Shown here: positions 25,013 to 38,535 of the stretch, in pieces
Layout: every line of letters begins with the position of its first letter
Numbering within the stretch: position 1 is the stretch's first letter
From: Mesotaenium endlicherianum
Lineage: Eukaryota
NCBI GenBank assembly: GCA_009602735.1
Contig: WELA01002258.1
Span: 928,244-988,065 of the forward strand
Length of the DNA stretch: 59,822 nucleotides
Direction: 5' to 3'
Notes under the pieces: generated by a model
The model's input: only the letters and a program-made list of their open reading frames with translations
What the model was told of the DNA's origin: nothing
Database searches by the model: none
Translations under genes and position numbers: made by a program

Positions 25013-26875
25013 CATTAGACACTCTTCTCTTCTCGCAATTTTTGGACAGAAAACTAAAATCGCTACTGTTGATAGGTCTCTACATATTACATTCTGAAAA
25101 TTTACCTGGCTGTATTCCATGAATAGTCGGTCAATTAGAATTCAAGTTTGCTCCATTTCAAGCTCTAATGAGAGAGATATGATGCTTTGAAAAGAAGGGG
25201 GTCAGGCTGCTGGCATCATCAGGGCAGAATATGCCTTTTGACATTGTGCCCTCCCCTAAACTTGGAATCCTCTGAAACTCAAGACTCTAGTAGAACATCT
25301 TACAACGCCCATTTAGAGACTTACTTTGCAGAATTTAGAGAAGTATAGAAGGACTTATGATTTTCAAAGTTTCTGTACGAATTTGGAGGAGTGCCTACTC
25401 TCTCAACTCTCAACGACACTCCAGAAGTTGGAATGCTCTCAAATTTGGAGACCCAGTAGACTTATTTGATGCGCTCCATTTGATCTTAGAACTTTTAGAT
25501 TTAAAGCAGTTATGTGGATGCTATGAATTTTTGAATTCGTGGCAGATTCTGGGCCAACTTGTACAATTTTGTTTATCATCAAGGAGTAGGCTAGCCAATA
25601 AGGTCACACCACCCACGACCTTGCCTAGTCTACCTTACAAGTGTAGCACCTGACTTGGGGCCTTTGACAAATCCTCTTCTCATGTGTGGCATCTGACTTG
25701 AAGTTGTTGACTAGTCTGCTCCACATGTGTACGACCTCACTTGACGCGCCGAAACGTCGCTTTTTTTTGTCGGGGGGGTGATGTAGTGATTGAATTATAA
25801 TATATTTGTTTGCATATATTTTAATACTTCTGAATATATTTGGAGTAGTATTGTGTGGAGTCAAGTGTGAATAGATACTCTAGTGACTTGATTCATGTCC
25901 TTTGAACCTTCTAAGGCATTTTCGAAGTTAGAGGAAGGACCTAGAAGAACTTCAGGTGGCAAAAGTCAAATGTGCCATTTTTTGGTCAAAAGGACATGTG
26001 TACTTTATTCTAGAAAGAGGTGGCAAGTTTTGGGATGTGTTGGGTGCCAACACATTGACATGCACCTTCCTAAAAATTACTTATGTAGCAGGTATATAAA
26101 TAAGAGCTAAAACATAGAAAGGGAGGAGAATGACTCTTGTACGTGCCAAATTCCAGAAACATAGTAACTTTCAAGAAGCCATCTCTCTTTCAAGAAGCTA
26201 CCATTTGTGTTCGAAGATCCTTGTCTTGAATGGATAACGTATAGTATTTTACTAAGTGATTTATCTATCTGTTTCACTACATGTACTGTGCATGAATGTG
26301 CAATTTTAGCTTGCGGCATGTGTATGCTGCGTATGGTAGATGTGAAAGCACATATGTGGCCAAGAAAGAATTTGTGCATGCGAATGTAAATTAAGTACGC
26401 CATGCAGCTAGTTTCCACACGTGCAACTCGTTCAAATTACACAATGGTATTATTACAATTTGGAATTTGCCCAAATTATGACCTTCTATTCATGAGAATG
26501 CTTGATTGTGCTCTTGTGATTTCTTATGTACTTTTAAGGTGCCAAGTGCCAAGCATCAATTAGAAACGCATACCTCTTGCCATTCGATGATAATTGAATA
26601 AATGCATATTTGTTTTAACATAATTCAAAAATAACTATACAATTAATATGCTTGAGGAACTTTACTAAACATATCACACGACATTAATCTATTGCCACAA
26701 CTGACATGTGATGGCATTAATAATATGATTTTAAAAGAAAAAATCATACTGTCGTATTTTACCACATCAAATGGTAAGATGAATAATTTCACACAAAATA
26801 ATGTTAAAAATTGATAAAACGATTGCCGAAACGAAAGCCAACTTATCGGTTGGAGGTCACATAATCACCATATAA

Positions 26876-26876
<1 letters not shown>

Positions 26877-26937
<61 letters not shown>
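26877..26937. repeat. (CT)n microsatellite
   Basis: Directly visible upstream of the hAT transposase. Confidence 0.95.
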
Positions 26938-29900
26938 GTCAAGACTGTTGCAACAGGCTTCCTTTTATGTCTTCCTTTTTTGTTATTTATTACTTTGTAT
27001 GCTCTTTCTATCTGGTTCCCTATTTACTCCTAACTTCTTCTATTTGATCATTTGATGATGAAGGTAGCTTCGCCTGTGAGTACAAGTTGGTGACGCCTAG
27101 CCTCACGTACGACAACGTGCGTATATCAAGCCTCTAAGGCTGTCAGGTAATTAAGTCTCGCCTAGTCTTCCTCTTGGCCCTCTGTGCTCTCTCTCCTTGC
27201 TGTCTTGTGTCGCTGCATTTTTGCTATCTCTGCTTCATGTGCTCTGTTGCTGTATTTGTTTGCCCTCTCTTTGCCCCATGTCTGCTCCTGCTGCCCTCTT
27301 TTTGTTGTGCTCTCTTGTCTTTTGCTCGTCTCTTGCTGCTACTCTTCTCCCTCCTCTCACTGCTTTGCTGCAATATAAATATTTGTGCACTTTTGCTTCA
27401 TGTTGTTCACTCTCCTTGTTTTTTTAAGCCTGCAGCAGCAGGCTTATTTATACTCTGCAATCGTCTACCTTGCCTCCTCAATCTCTCTGTCTCTTGCTTA
27501 TTATCACCTCGCAATGGTTGTCTTTGTGTTAAGTAGTGCATCTTTGTTATTTTTTTGTCCCAATTTGCTTCTGTGCTTGCTTTATTTCTTTCTTTTTGTA
27601 TGTCCTTATATATCTTTGTTACATATAATTTGTCTGCTATTTTATTTTGTTTTGTGTAATTACTGCAACACGACTATGTTTTCTTGTGTTATTTTCGGCC
27701 CTCCCTCTCTCTCTCTCTCTCGTTCTCAAAATAACTCACTTTCTGTTGTGTGTCTCAATCTTTGCTTCAGATTCTACAAGGCCAACATGTCGCTTCCTTC
27801 AACGCCATTCGCTTCTATCCTGGCTGCTAGGGGAGCACCTTTTGCACATAAGCCTTCTAGACGTATGCGAGAGGTTGCGCCTGAATGGAGCTACGTGACC
27901 ATCGTCACGCCTGCTCCAAGCCGCAACCGACATTCTGAAATGAAGTGCAAGTTTTCCGACCATGTGTTTTGGGGGAGTGTTACGAAAATTCGTAATCACT
28001 TAGAGGGGGCTAAAGGTATACGTGAGTGTGAGGATGTACCCATGAATTTGAAGGAACCAATGATTATTCGTCCTACTTCCACATCTCGTATGCAGCTTGG
28101 TAAACGTCGGTCAAAAAGTGACATGAATTCCTCATCCAATCTCTTGTATGGAATGCCTGCAACTGAGCCTGAACTTAGTTCATCTGGAAGAGAGTCAAGG
28201 ACAGTCAAGTTTACCGGATCGTTTCAAGAGAATGAATGCAAATAGTGTTCATGAAGTAGTGGCCAAGTTGTTTTACGCCACGGGAGTTGTTTAATGTAGC
28301 GCCGAGTTATTTTTTTGTGGACATGATGAATGCTATCCGCAAGTATAGTTTAGAGATTGGCCTACCGTATGTAGCAATAAAGGATAAGCCTTTAGGAAGC
28401 ACCCTCTTAGACAAAGAGGTCACACGAGTAGAGCAGTGGGAGAAGAAGGAACTGAAGCAAATAGAGATTTTTGGGTGCACCCTAGTATTAGATGGGTAGA
28501 CAGACACATCAAGGCATCCCCTCTTGAATGTCCTTAAATAGTCTCGTGGTGTGGAGTTGTTCATGGACTCCAATAACACTGAGGGTGAGAAGAAGACGGG
28601 TGATTTCAGTGCTAANGTTCAGTGCTAAGTTCATAATTGAAGCCGTGAAGAAAGTGGGTCCTAAAAATGCCGTGCAAGTGTGTACAAATTCAGCTGCTGA
28701 TTGTGTCAAGGCGGGTGAGTTGGTACAAGAGGATTTCCATAACATTTTTAGAACACCTTGTGCGGCCCATTGCCTAGATTTGCTTCTCAAAGAACTAGGA
28801 AACATTCAGGAGTTGAGAGAGAATTTAGATAGATTCAAGGGCCTAGTCCAGTTTGTGACTAATCACCACATGCCTCACGCTACTTACCGCCAGCATGCAA
28901 AGAGGTTCAATAATGTGTTAGAGTTGTTGAAGCCTGCACCCACCAGATTCGCAAGTAACTTTCTATGCTTGCAAAGATAATATGAGGTTAGAGACACCTT
29001 GCAAGCTATGATAGCTGATAGTCGTTGGCTTGAGTGGTCTGCTAGGAATGGGTGTGCAAATGAGGCTACGAGGATTCGAGACATCATTTGGAATGACAGT
29101 CTGTGGGAGAGATTGAAAGTGTGGGTAAATGTGTGTGAGCCAATAGTTGTACTTCTTTGTCTTGTTCACTCTCCCGAGCCAGCAGTAAGGAAGATCTGGG
29201 CCAGTATGTCTGCGATTCAAGAACACGTCAACAATGCCCCCGGTCTAAAAGATGCTCAGATAGCCAAGGCTGCCAAAGAGGTTACTGCGCGTTAACAACA
29301 ACTACACTCTCCGTTGCATTCCACCGGTAGATTGTTAACTGTCATATTTGTCTTCATCCTTCTTGTTAGGCATGTTGTTGAACTTGATTTGCTGCTTTGT
29401 TTTACTGCATATCCTTGTGTGTCATGTTCCCTCTCTTCTATCTCTCTTAATGCTCTCTTCTAAAAGGGGCGCAGTGCCCTAGTGGAAGCGAAGTGACTCC
29501 CGAGGAAAAGAACTAGTTGTAATTATACTAGATAGTGCAGCAGCATATTACTAAGGAAGCTTAAGAAAATTACTCAACATGTTAAGTAGCAAGAAAGTGC
29601 TCACAAATGATGTAGGATGAAAGGCCTTGTCATTACAAACGCGTAGAAATTTACAGAAGTGAAAATTGCTAAGAAATGAAGAAGTTATGTCTATTCATAG
29701 TTTTCTGCCAAGGTGCTCTCCTCTCTAGGAGGAAAGTACGGAATTTTCTAAGTGTTCGTCAATCTGTCCCTTCCTGAATATTTGTGAGTATGCCAGATCA
29801 GTCTTATCTAACGTGTCGGGTCGAATTGACGTCCACATATATGCATCGACATTACTAGAATGTTCTATCTTAGGCGCGCTAGGCTAAACCAAAACTTCTA

Positions 29901-30299
29901 GGTAAATCGACCTAGTCGGCACTCCGCGTCAGCCGAACTTACGTGAAGGTCCGAATTCACTCTAACGGCCCAGATCGCTCGACACTTTTGGTCAATCCGA
30001 CAGTCGCGCTCACCGCGAATTAAGGACAGTCGTCAACTGACCTCAAAACTAATTGAACTTCGAAAATCCATAATTCTCTCAATACTTGACCAAATTTGAT
30101 GAACTTTATACTAAAATAACCACAAAAGTGCACTCTACGCTTCTATGCAATCAAAACATACTTCATGAAACTCAAAAATGCACTATAAACCTATGACCTT
30201 ACATCATCCCCCTCCTCAAGATGCGATGTGCTCAACGCATTCTGCAATTAACGTCTCAACTTACTCTTACAATGAGTCAAGTTGGCCTCCGGCTCCCAG

Positions 30300-33200
30300 G
30301 TGTTGTCGTCCACATGGTAGCCTTTTCACTTGACCAGATACTCTTGGACAAATTGTTGACCTCGCTCGACTCGTCGATGGCCTCCACTTCATACTCCAAT
30401 GTCTCATCGATCTCGACCGGTGGTGGCGGTGTAGGTAGTCGTCCTGGATGTCCTTCATTTGGGTCAACATATGACCGCAGGTCATTGACATGGAATACAT
30501 CATGTATACCCCAATGTGAAGGAAGTTCAAACTTGTAGGCCACTGGATTCACCTGCTTGAGCACCAAAAATGGACCTGTGAAATGTGCCCGTACTTTCCT
30601 CGTACCCGTGTGAGGTAGATTCTCTGTTGACCAGAGTACTTTGTCGCCCACTGTAATGAAATCAGTATATTGGTTGATAAAATATTCATTTAAATATAAT
30701 AGTTCAATAAGTTTAGCCGGCTGAACTCTAGCTAATATCTAGTCTGCTGGACTTAATAAATATATCAGTTTAATGACTCAGCTGGAAGCAGCAGGCCTGC
30801 TGATGTCAACTTAAGCCAGCTTGCTGACACATTCTTTGCCTGCCAGCTGACTTCCGTACTCGGTAGCAACGAACTGTCTAGATATGCATCTAACTGCGGT
30901 ATGCTAGATGAAAGGCCACATGACATCCCTAGGATGGATGGCAATTCGGGATGATGGGAGATGGCGGTGGATTTGGTTAATCGTGGTCCTGCCAGCGTAG
31001 TTAACTCGCGGGTAGGGGGTGCCATCGCACTTGCCGTTGAACAGTAAACTCATTCCATGTACGTATGCTAGGATTGCTTTCGATTTTGGCATTCGGAAAC
31101 GAGACCAACTCTCTTGTACAGCTTATTGAGAGATATCTGAATCCAAGGCGAGAAGCCATTGATACGCACTGTCTTCTAGCCTTGCTTATGTATGAGTTTA
31201 CTGATTGCATCATTGATGCTATTTTACTTGCATTTGACTTACGAAGTATTGTCCACTGCTAGTGTGTGTTCCTTTGCTGTTTAACCAACTAACAGAAAAT
31301 ACCATAGAGAGTACTTGCTAATATAAAGATGTTTATTAATTGTTACTCCCCTATTTGGTAAGTCGATTCATTCCACCCACATGGAATGTCACTTCCCTCG
31401 TGTGCTTGTTAGCATGTTTAACCTGCTCTTCTTGTGCCTTTTGAATACACGTTTTTGCCATGTCCCAAGTCGTCGCCATCTGCTCCATAAATGCTTGTGT
31501 AGTAAGGACCTGAGTCTTCTTGGCCTTCTCCAACAAGATGTTCCCTGGGTGATATACCAGTCTCCCATAAACCATAGGGAATAGTGACAGCTTTGTCGTT
31601 CCCTGCATGCTGTTGTTGTAGGCAAACTCTAACCCTGGCACCTTCTTGTCCCACTTTGAAGGGTCTCCCATAGTGAAACTTTTGAGCACCTCTTGCAGAG
31701 TTCTGTAGAGCCTCTCACTCTGCCTGTCTGTATGAGGATGATAGGAAGTGCTCATACTCAACTTGGTCCCCATCAAAGAAAACAATGACCGCCAAAAGTT
31801 GCTAGTGAACCTTGGATACCGATCTGAAACAATCACCTTTGGCAACCCATGTAGCCTGAAAAAATGATCAAAGAATAGCCGTGCCACATCTGCTGCCGTA
31901 CAAGTCTCCTTCATGGGAATGTAGTGTGCCATCTTGCTGAGTCTATCAGATACAACCCAAACTGCATCGTGTCCTTGACCACTCACTGGTAACGATGTGA
32001 TGAAGTCCGTAGCAATCTGCTCCCAACGATACTCTGGAATAGGCAGGGGCTGCAATGTACCTCCCTTCTTTTGGTTTTAATGTCTTGTTCCGCTGGCACG
32101 CATTGCAACTCCTGATCCACTCCTCGATGTCCTTGTCCATAATTCTCCAGTATTACTCTCGCTTCACCACGCTTGCCGTCTTCTTACTCCCAAAGTGTCC
32201 AGCATATAAGTAGTCATGATGCTCAGCAAGTTATAAGTCGCGTAGCTCCTTGAGGTCAGGTACCACCACTCTCTTGGAATCACCATAATACCATATGCCG
32301 TCCTTCTTTTGCATACTTGAGTTGGACTCAGTTGCTCCGCAATCGGCAAACTCTGGGTCCTCCTCATAACCTTTGTGAAGCTTCTCCTTGAAGTCCATAC
32401 TCTCCTTGATGATTGAGACACCTGCAAGGTCACACCTCCTGGATAAGGCATCTGCAAGGTTGATCTTCCCGGAGTACTCGATCTTGTTGTCAAACTGTTG
32501 CAGAAACTCCCTCCACCTCGCCCGTCTTGGTGTCAACGTTGGTTGCGTCATAAAATTCTCCAAGCTCTTGTGGTCTTGATGAACACCTTGCTTTTGTCCA
32601 CATAACATCGCCAGATCCTCAAAGCCTTGATAATAGCCAACATCTTCCGCTCGTGTGCTGCATAGTTTTGCTCAGCAGGGCTCAATTTCCTTCTCTCATA
32701 CGCCACAGGTTGAAATCCTTGAAGCGTCCGTGATGATGGTGAAAGGAAGCTCAGGACTAGCAATTGCCAACACAGGTGCCTGTGTCAACAACTCCTTAAT
32801 CTTCTTGAAAGCTTGCTGCTCCTTGTCATCCCATAGCCACTTCTCCTGCTTCTTCAACATGTCCGTGTGCAATGCACACACCTTTGCAAATCCTTCAATG
32901 AAACGTCGATAATAATTCGCCATGCCGAGAAAACTCCTGAGTTGATGAATATCAGCAGGTACCGGCCAATCTCTGACTGCTTGCACCTTCTTCTGCTCCA
33001 CCTGGACTCCTTCAACTCCAACTATGTGCCCAAGAAACTCAACCTCCTTGAGACAAAAGTCGCACTTGCTCATCTTCCCATACAACTTCTAATCTCTCAA
33101 GACCTCCAACACCTTCCTCACATGCTCCACATGCTCTTCCAAGGTCTTCAGAACGATTTGGATGTTGTCCAAAAATACCACCATAAAATGGTCCAAATAG

Positions 33201-34320
33201 GGTATGAAGATACTATTCATGAGTCCCATGAATGTAGCAAGTGCATAAGTCAACCCAAAAAACATGACTGTGAACTTAAACACACCATAGCGAATCCTGA
33301 AAGCTGTCTTCTGAACATCTCCTTTCGCAATCCGTACCTGATGATAGCCACTCCTCAAATCGATCTTCGAGAAATACTTCGCTCCGACAAGCCTGTCAAT
33401 CAACTCGTCCATTCGTGGAAGTGGGTACCTGTTCTTGACGGTGATCTAGTTGAGTGCTTTGTAGTTGACACACATCCTCATAGTCCCGTCCTTCTTCTTC
33501 ACAAATAAGACTGGCGTTGCAAATGGAGACTCGCTGGGTTGGATGAATCTCTTCTCCAATAACTCTGTCAGCTGCTTTTTCAACTCATCCAACTCCGCAA
33601 ATGATTGTCGATAGGCGGGTCTCCCTGGTGGCTTGCTCCCTAGTTCCAAATCGATCTTGTGCTCCATAGCTCTGTGTGGAGGTAATCCTGCAGGTAGCTC
33701 CTCAGGAGAAACGCACTTGAATTCCTCCAACAGCACCTTAATTTGGGCAAGCATCTCAACAGGCTGCTTCTCTTGAGCAGTTGGGTTCTGCTCCTTTTGA
33801 GCAAGGGGATCAGACACCACTACTTGCTCCTCCGACAATGTACATTCGCCCAAGCTATTAGGATTCACGCTTGCTCCATCTGATGACCTGGCCAGGGCCA
33901 CCAAAACAAGGTACATCTCCTTCACTTGATTCGTCCTGCATAGCTTCTTAACTTCAGGCTCGACAAAACGCAGTTACTTGTGGTCGTATCTACCTCCGCC
34001 TGTTTCGCTGTCTCCATTTGACCATCACGCCCTTGGAATTTCACTTGTTCTATGCTCCAATGCACTTGAGAGTTAGCTTTCCTCAGCCATGGTTGGTCCA
34101 ATATCACCTCATGGGGGCCTAGCTCTGCCTTCTCCATAACTTCATTACTCTGGTGCCCAGCTACTTCTACGTGAATAGCTTCCGTAGGTGCACCACACTT
34201 GACTCTCTGCCCATTCGCCAAAATTGCCTTCTTAGGCTCATAATGCTTCTGCACAATGATTCGCCACTCTTTCACCAGCTTCTTATGCACAAAATTTGCA
34301 CTTGCCCCTCTGTCAACCAT
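30300..34320 (-). pseudogene. pol: pol of LTR element 2 (PR-RT-RH-IN, truncated chromodomain), many stops and frameshifts
   Basis: Fragments [75 protein letters not shown]. Confidence 0.92.
30652..31375 (+). mobile_element. Solo LTR of the element-3 family, inside the integrase of element 2
   Basis: TGTAATGAA...GATTCATTCCA, 724 bp, reverse-complement homolog of the 36026-36745 LTR. TSD CCCAC on both sides (30647-30651, 31376-31380). The integrase frame resumes across it (TFHVG/DKVLWST). Confidence 0.93.
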
Positions 34321-34399
34321 ACACTTCGCCTTGTTGCCGTCGACTACTTCTTCACGCCACTAGACACCCCAGAATGACTTACTGGCGTCCTCCTTTTTC

Positions 34400-35407
34400 C
34401 TGCTGTTGAGGTTTCTTTGCCTTCACATGACAGTCTCGAGGCAGATGCCCAAGCTTGCCACAATAATAGCAAGGTCCTCTCGGCTTAAAATTTTGTTGCT
34501 CGCGCTCGTTCTGAACAAGTCCCTATTCCATGGGTACTGGACCTTGACCACTCGTGCTTGGCGCTTGAGATCCAAAGTGTCGATGTCCTCCAACGTTGTG
34601 GCTGCCCCACTGCCTCTAACTATATTCCACAGCGTCAACCCTCGTCGCCAATGCCATCATTTCTCCAAGACTGGTAGGGTCCTTGAGCGCCACTTCCTTG
34701 GCCATAGTTGGCTTGAGTCCCCTCTTGAACTTGTCCATCATCTCCGACTCGTGCATGGATGGACACTGAAGCACCAGCTCATTGAAGCGCGGTACATACT
34801 CCTGAACGCTTCCTCGTTGACAAAGGCGCACCAATAGATCTCGAGCGGTAGCCTCGGGTGCAATAGGTTGAAATTGCCTCTTCAAGCCTTTAAAGAGTTG
34901 ATCAACGATAGCAGGAACTCCAGACAACTGCTCCTGTCGCTCATACCAAGCTCCAGCACTCTTCTTTAGCAAGGTAATCACAAAGGCGACTAGCCTGTCG
35001 AGCGTGAGCGCAGAATACTCCATAAATGTCTTCCCTCCAGAAATCCATTGATGAACAGGCGGCGATTCACGCTCTCCAGTATACACTTCAGGCCTAGGCG
35101 CACGCACTCCCGATGCGGGTGGAATAATTGGTCGTACCACTAGGTCAACATGGATTGGTGGTACAACAGGTGTAGTTGCCGAACTCGTCGAAGCGGCGTT
35201 CCCCATAACAACTTGTACCATTCTCTCCTCCTCCTGGCGCATCTTTTGTTGAAATTGTGTGTAGACTTCTCCTCCAATTGCGTTTGCCATTTGCCTCAAC
35301 ATCTCCTGCATCTCTTGATGCTCCCTTGACAAAGGTGGTGCGGTCTTCTCCACGCGCTCAACATTCTCGACATGTTCGCCTCCTCCAGTGGCCGACTGCG
35401 ACTCCAT
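34400..35407 (-). pseudogene. gag: gag of LTR element 2
   Basis: 263-aa ORF (APRPEVYTGER, QRGSVQEYVPRF, KFKRGLKP) that continues past premature stops to GPVPME and the CCHC knuckle CYYCGKLGHLPRDC. Confidence 0.88.
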
Positions 35408-36858
35408 AATATAATATGCAAACTAGCCTAGCTCCAATACCGGATGAAAGGGGCGGAGTGCCCTACTGGAAGCGAAGTGACTCATGAGGATAAGAACTAG
35501 TTGCAATCATACTAAAGAGTGCAGCATATTACTAAGGAAGCTTATGAAAATTACTCAACATTTTGAGTAGCAAGAAAGTGCTCACAAATGATGTAGAATG
35601 AAAGGCCTTGTAGTTACAAACCCGTAGAAATCTACAGAAGTGAAAACTGCTAAGAAATGAAGAATTTATGCCTATTTATAGTTTTCTGCCCAAGTGCTCT
35701 TTTCTCTAAGAGGAAGCTACGGAATTTCCTAAGTGTTCGTCGATTTGTCCCTTCCTGAATATTCGTGAGTATGCTTGATCAGTCTTATCTGACGTGTCGG
35801 ATTGAATTGACGTCCACATACATGCATCGACATTACTAGAATGTTCTATCTTAGGCGCGCTAGGCTAAACCGAAACTTCTAGGTAAATTGACCTAGTCGG
35901 CACTCCGCGTCAGCCAAACTTACGTGAAGGTTCGAATTCACTCTAACGGCCCAGATCGCTCGACGTTGTCGGTCAATCCGACAGTCGCGCTCACCGCGAA
36001 TTAAGGACAGTCATCAACCGACCTCTGAAATGAATCGACTTACCAAATAAGCGATTAACAATTAATAAAGATCTTTATATCAACAAGTAATCTTTATGGC
36101 GATTTCCGTTAACTGGTTAAACGGCAAAGGACAATACACTAGCAGTGAATAATACTCGTAAGTCAAATGCGAGTAAACTAGCATCAATAATGCAAATCAG
36201 TAAACTCATACATAAGCAAGGTTAGAAGACAGTGCGTATCAATGGCTTCTCGCCTTGGATTCAGATCTCTCTCAGTAAGCTGTACAAGAGAGTTGGCCTC
36301 GTTTCCGAATGCCGAACTCGAGAGCAATGCCTAGCATATGTACATGGAATGAGTTTACTGTTCAACGGTCAGTGCGATGGCACCGCCTACCCGGGAGTTA
36401 ACCACGTTGGTAGGACCTCGGTTAACCAAATCCACCGCCATCTCCCATCATCCCGAATCGCCATCCATCATAGGGATGTCATCTGGCCATTCATCTAGCA
36501 TATCGTACTTAGGTGTAAGTCAAGGCAGTTCGCTGCTACCGAGTACGGAAGTCAGCTGGCTGTCAAAGAATAGGTCAGCAAGCTGACTTATATGGACTTC
36601 AGCCTGCTGCTTCCGGCTGAGTCATTAAACTGATAATTATGTAAAGTCCAGCAGACTGACTATTAACTAAAGTTCAGCAGGCTGAACTTAATTAACTATT
36701 ATATTTAAATGAATAATATATCCACTAATATATTGATTCATTACAATCCCTCCAACTTAACTTGTTGTCGCCTCGACAACATCAAACTGCCAAAGCCTTA
36801 AATAAAGGAACTGACCCTCACCAGCCTCCCCTACTGACTGTCTTCTCAGCCTGTCACC

Positions 36859-38535
36859 TTAAGGGGTTGTTCCTGGGGCTTCAGGATCAGGAGACGGAGA
36901 TCTGGACCTAGATCTGGACAGCCCTCTAGGTCTGTCAGCTGGCCTTCTAAAGAACCCTGTTTGCTCTAAAGTTGGCCCTCGAGGAGAACGGAGGATGGTG
37001 GCCTGCTCTTCAACCACTTGGGTGTTGATTCCCACATAGACAGGCATTCCAGTAGGATGCTGAAATACATTGGCTAGAGGTACATGCCCCTGAGCGGAGG
37101 GGGAGGCTGGCATACCTCTGGCCCACCCGCGTGTCCCTCTTCTGGCACCCCTGTCCTCTGGGGATTTCTGTCTGTGTCTGCTGCCCAGTACCGTCAGATC
37201 AGCTTCTTCCCCTGCTTGGGCAGGTGGGCTGGGGGAGCGAGCGCGGGGTCCAGTTGTCGCCATAACGGGGATCACATTCCACACACCTGATCGTGGTTCT
37301 TTAGGAAGTGCCACTGCCTGTCCCTGGGTATCCTGAGTACCTGCTGCTGATGCTTCTCCTCTGCCTTGTTCTTCTTCCTCATCCTCCTCATCCTCCTCCT
37401 CGGAGAGAGTAGGGGTCTCGTCCACTAAGTCGTCCTGCTCCCTAGTAGACATGGAGTAGTCTACCGACCTCCCTTTCTTAGGGCGCGCTGGAGGTTGCTT
37501 GGCCTTCAGCCTACTGATATCTATCCGGCCTGCATTCTTTGCCCATTTGACAAAGGCATGCTTTCCCTTAGAGAAGTACTCTCTTCCCCTCCTCCTATGT
37601 TCCTTGGTCTCTGCATTCATATTGCTCAGGCATCCATTCAGCCTGGGGTCCCAAGGGGCAATGTGAGGTGGTAGGATGAGATAGCCGTCTAGGCCATAGT
37701 GGAAGTCATCCGGTTGGGCTCGGTCACACTCCTGCTTCTTATTTGTGACGGTCATCCACCTCCAGTCTGTTGGCTGCTGGTAGTACTGGGGTCCGTGCTC
37801 AGCCTTCCTCAGTTTACACGGGAACCAGTGGGGAGAGAACATCTGCTGTCCTGCTTCCCTGGCCAAGTACTCCCAGCTCCTTCTCTCAACTTCATTGTAA
37901 GCTGGCAGGAGTGTGAGGTAGAATACCGTATCCTTAAAGCTATCGGGCCGCATGCTCACCATCCGGATGAGTCTCTGATCTCCCACTATTCCCGGTATGG
38001 GGACCGGCTTGTCCTCTGAATCATCTGCAAGATACCGGGCCTGCTCCGCTGTATAGCCCACCATCTTGGCATAGTCTTCGTAGAGGACCACACCAGTGTG
38101 TGTCTCGATGTACCTATCCAGTGCTGCAGCTCCTTCCCTCTGTAGCAGTGTTGTCTGTTCCAGCCTGTTGATCTCCTGGGCTGCCAGCAATGCTTCCTTC
38201 AGGTTATCGAAGTTTTGGCCACCCACCACAGTATACCTGTAAGTGGCCAAGCTCTTCTGTCTGTCCGCTTTAATCTTTTTCCTTTTCTCCACCTCTGCCG
38301 CTGCCGCTTCTTCTTGTTGTTTCTTCTGTCTCTCCTCCTCAGCTTTCCTGAGGTTTTCCGCTTCCTGATCCTTCTTCCTCTGTGCCTCTTCTGCCGCCTC
38401 TTGTTGTCTGCTGACCCTATCCTGTTCTCTCCTGGTGAGGGACGTCGCCGCCAGCTCCTTCTGGTATTGCTCCATTGTCCTCCTGGCTTCTTCCGCCTTG
38501 CGCTTTCTGTCCTCCTTTTGTGTGGTGGGCGCCAT
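36859..38535 (-). CDS. Additional ORF (ORF3) of LTR element 3, 558 aa, unknown function
   Basis: Uninterrupted 1.68-kb sense ORF between the pol stop and the PPT/3' LTR. ATG at 38535 directly follows a CAG|G acceptor, with TACTAAC at 38566-38560. Charged coiled-coil-like N-terminus, aromatic-rich core, then acidic and RS/SP-rich tail. Confidence 0.85.
   Translation of the reverse strand: MAPTTQKEDRKRKAEEARRTMEQYQKELAATSLTRREQDRVSRQQEAAEEAQRKKDQEAENLRKAEEERQKKQQEEAAAAEVEKRKKIKADRQKSLATYRYTVVGGQNFDNLKEALLAAQEINRLEQTTLLQREGAAALDRYIETHTGVVLYEDYAKMVGYTAEQARYLADDSEDKPVPIPGIVGDQRLIRMVSMRPDSFKDTVFYLTLLPAYNEVERRSWEYLAREAGQQMFSPHWFPCKLRKAEHGPQYYQQPTDWRWMTVTNKKQECDRAQPDDFHYGLDGYLILPPHIAPWDPRLNGCLSNMNAETKEHRRRGREYFSKGKHAFVKWAKNAGRIDISRLKAKQPPARPKKGRSVDYSMSTREQDDLVDETPTLSEEEDEEDEEEEQGRGEASAAGTQDTQGQAVALPKEPRSGVWNVIPVMATTGPRARSPSPPAQAGEEADLTVLGSRHRQKSPEDRGARRGTRGWARGMPASPSAQGHVPLANVFQHPTGMPVYVGINTQVVEEQATILRSPRGPTLEQTGFFRRPADRPRGLSRSRSRSPSPDPEAPGTTP

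Larger units (their letters stand above)
18950..26281 (+). mobile_element. Ty3/gypsy chromovirus LTR retrotransposon 1 (full length, degenerate)
   Basis: LTRs 18950-19448 and 25782-26281 (TG...CA, ~38 differences in ~500 bp by hand count). TSD TGTAC on both sides. PBS TGGTATCGGAGCC at 19450-19462. PPT at 25772-25781. Domain order gag-PR-RT-RH-IN-chromodomain. Confidence 0.97.

Noticed and set aside
27174..27780. Hydrophobic Leu/Cys/Phe-rich ORFs resembling membrane proteins
   Set aside because: Pyrimidine-rich sequence, probably a 5' UTR intron of the hAT transposase (GTAATT at 27147 to TTCAG at 27770); compositional artefact.
36232..36586. Recurrent small ORFs (MRINGFSPW..., MAPPTRELTT...), also at 30765, 44429 and 47185
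   Set aside because: They recur only because they lie within copies of the same LTR, and their frames are not preserved between diverged copies.
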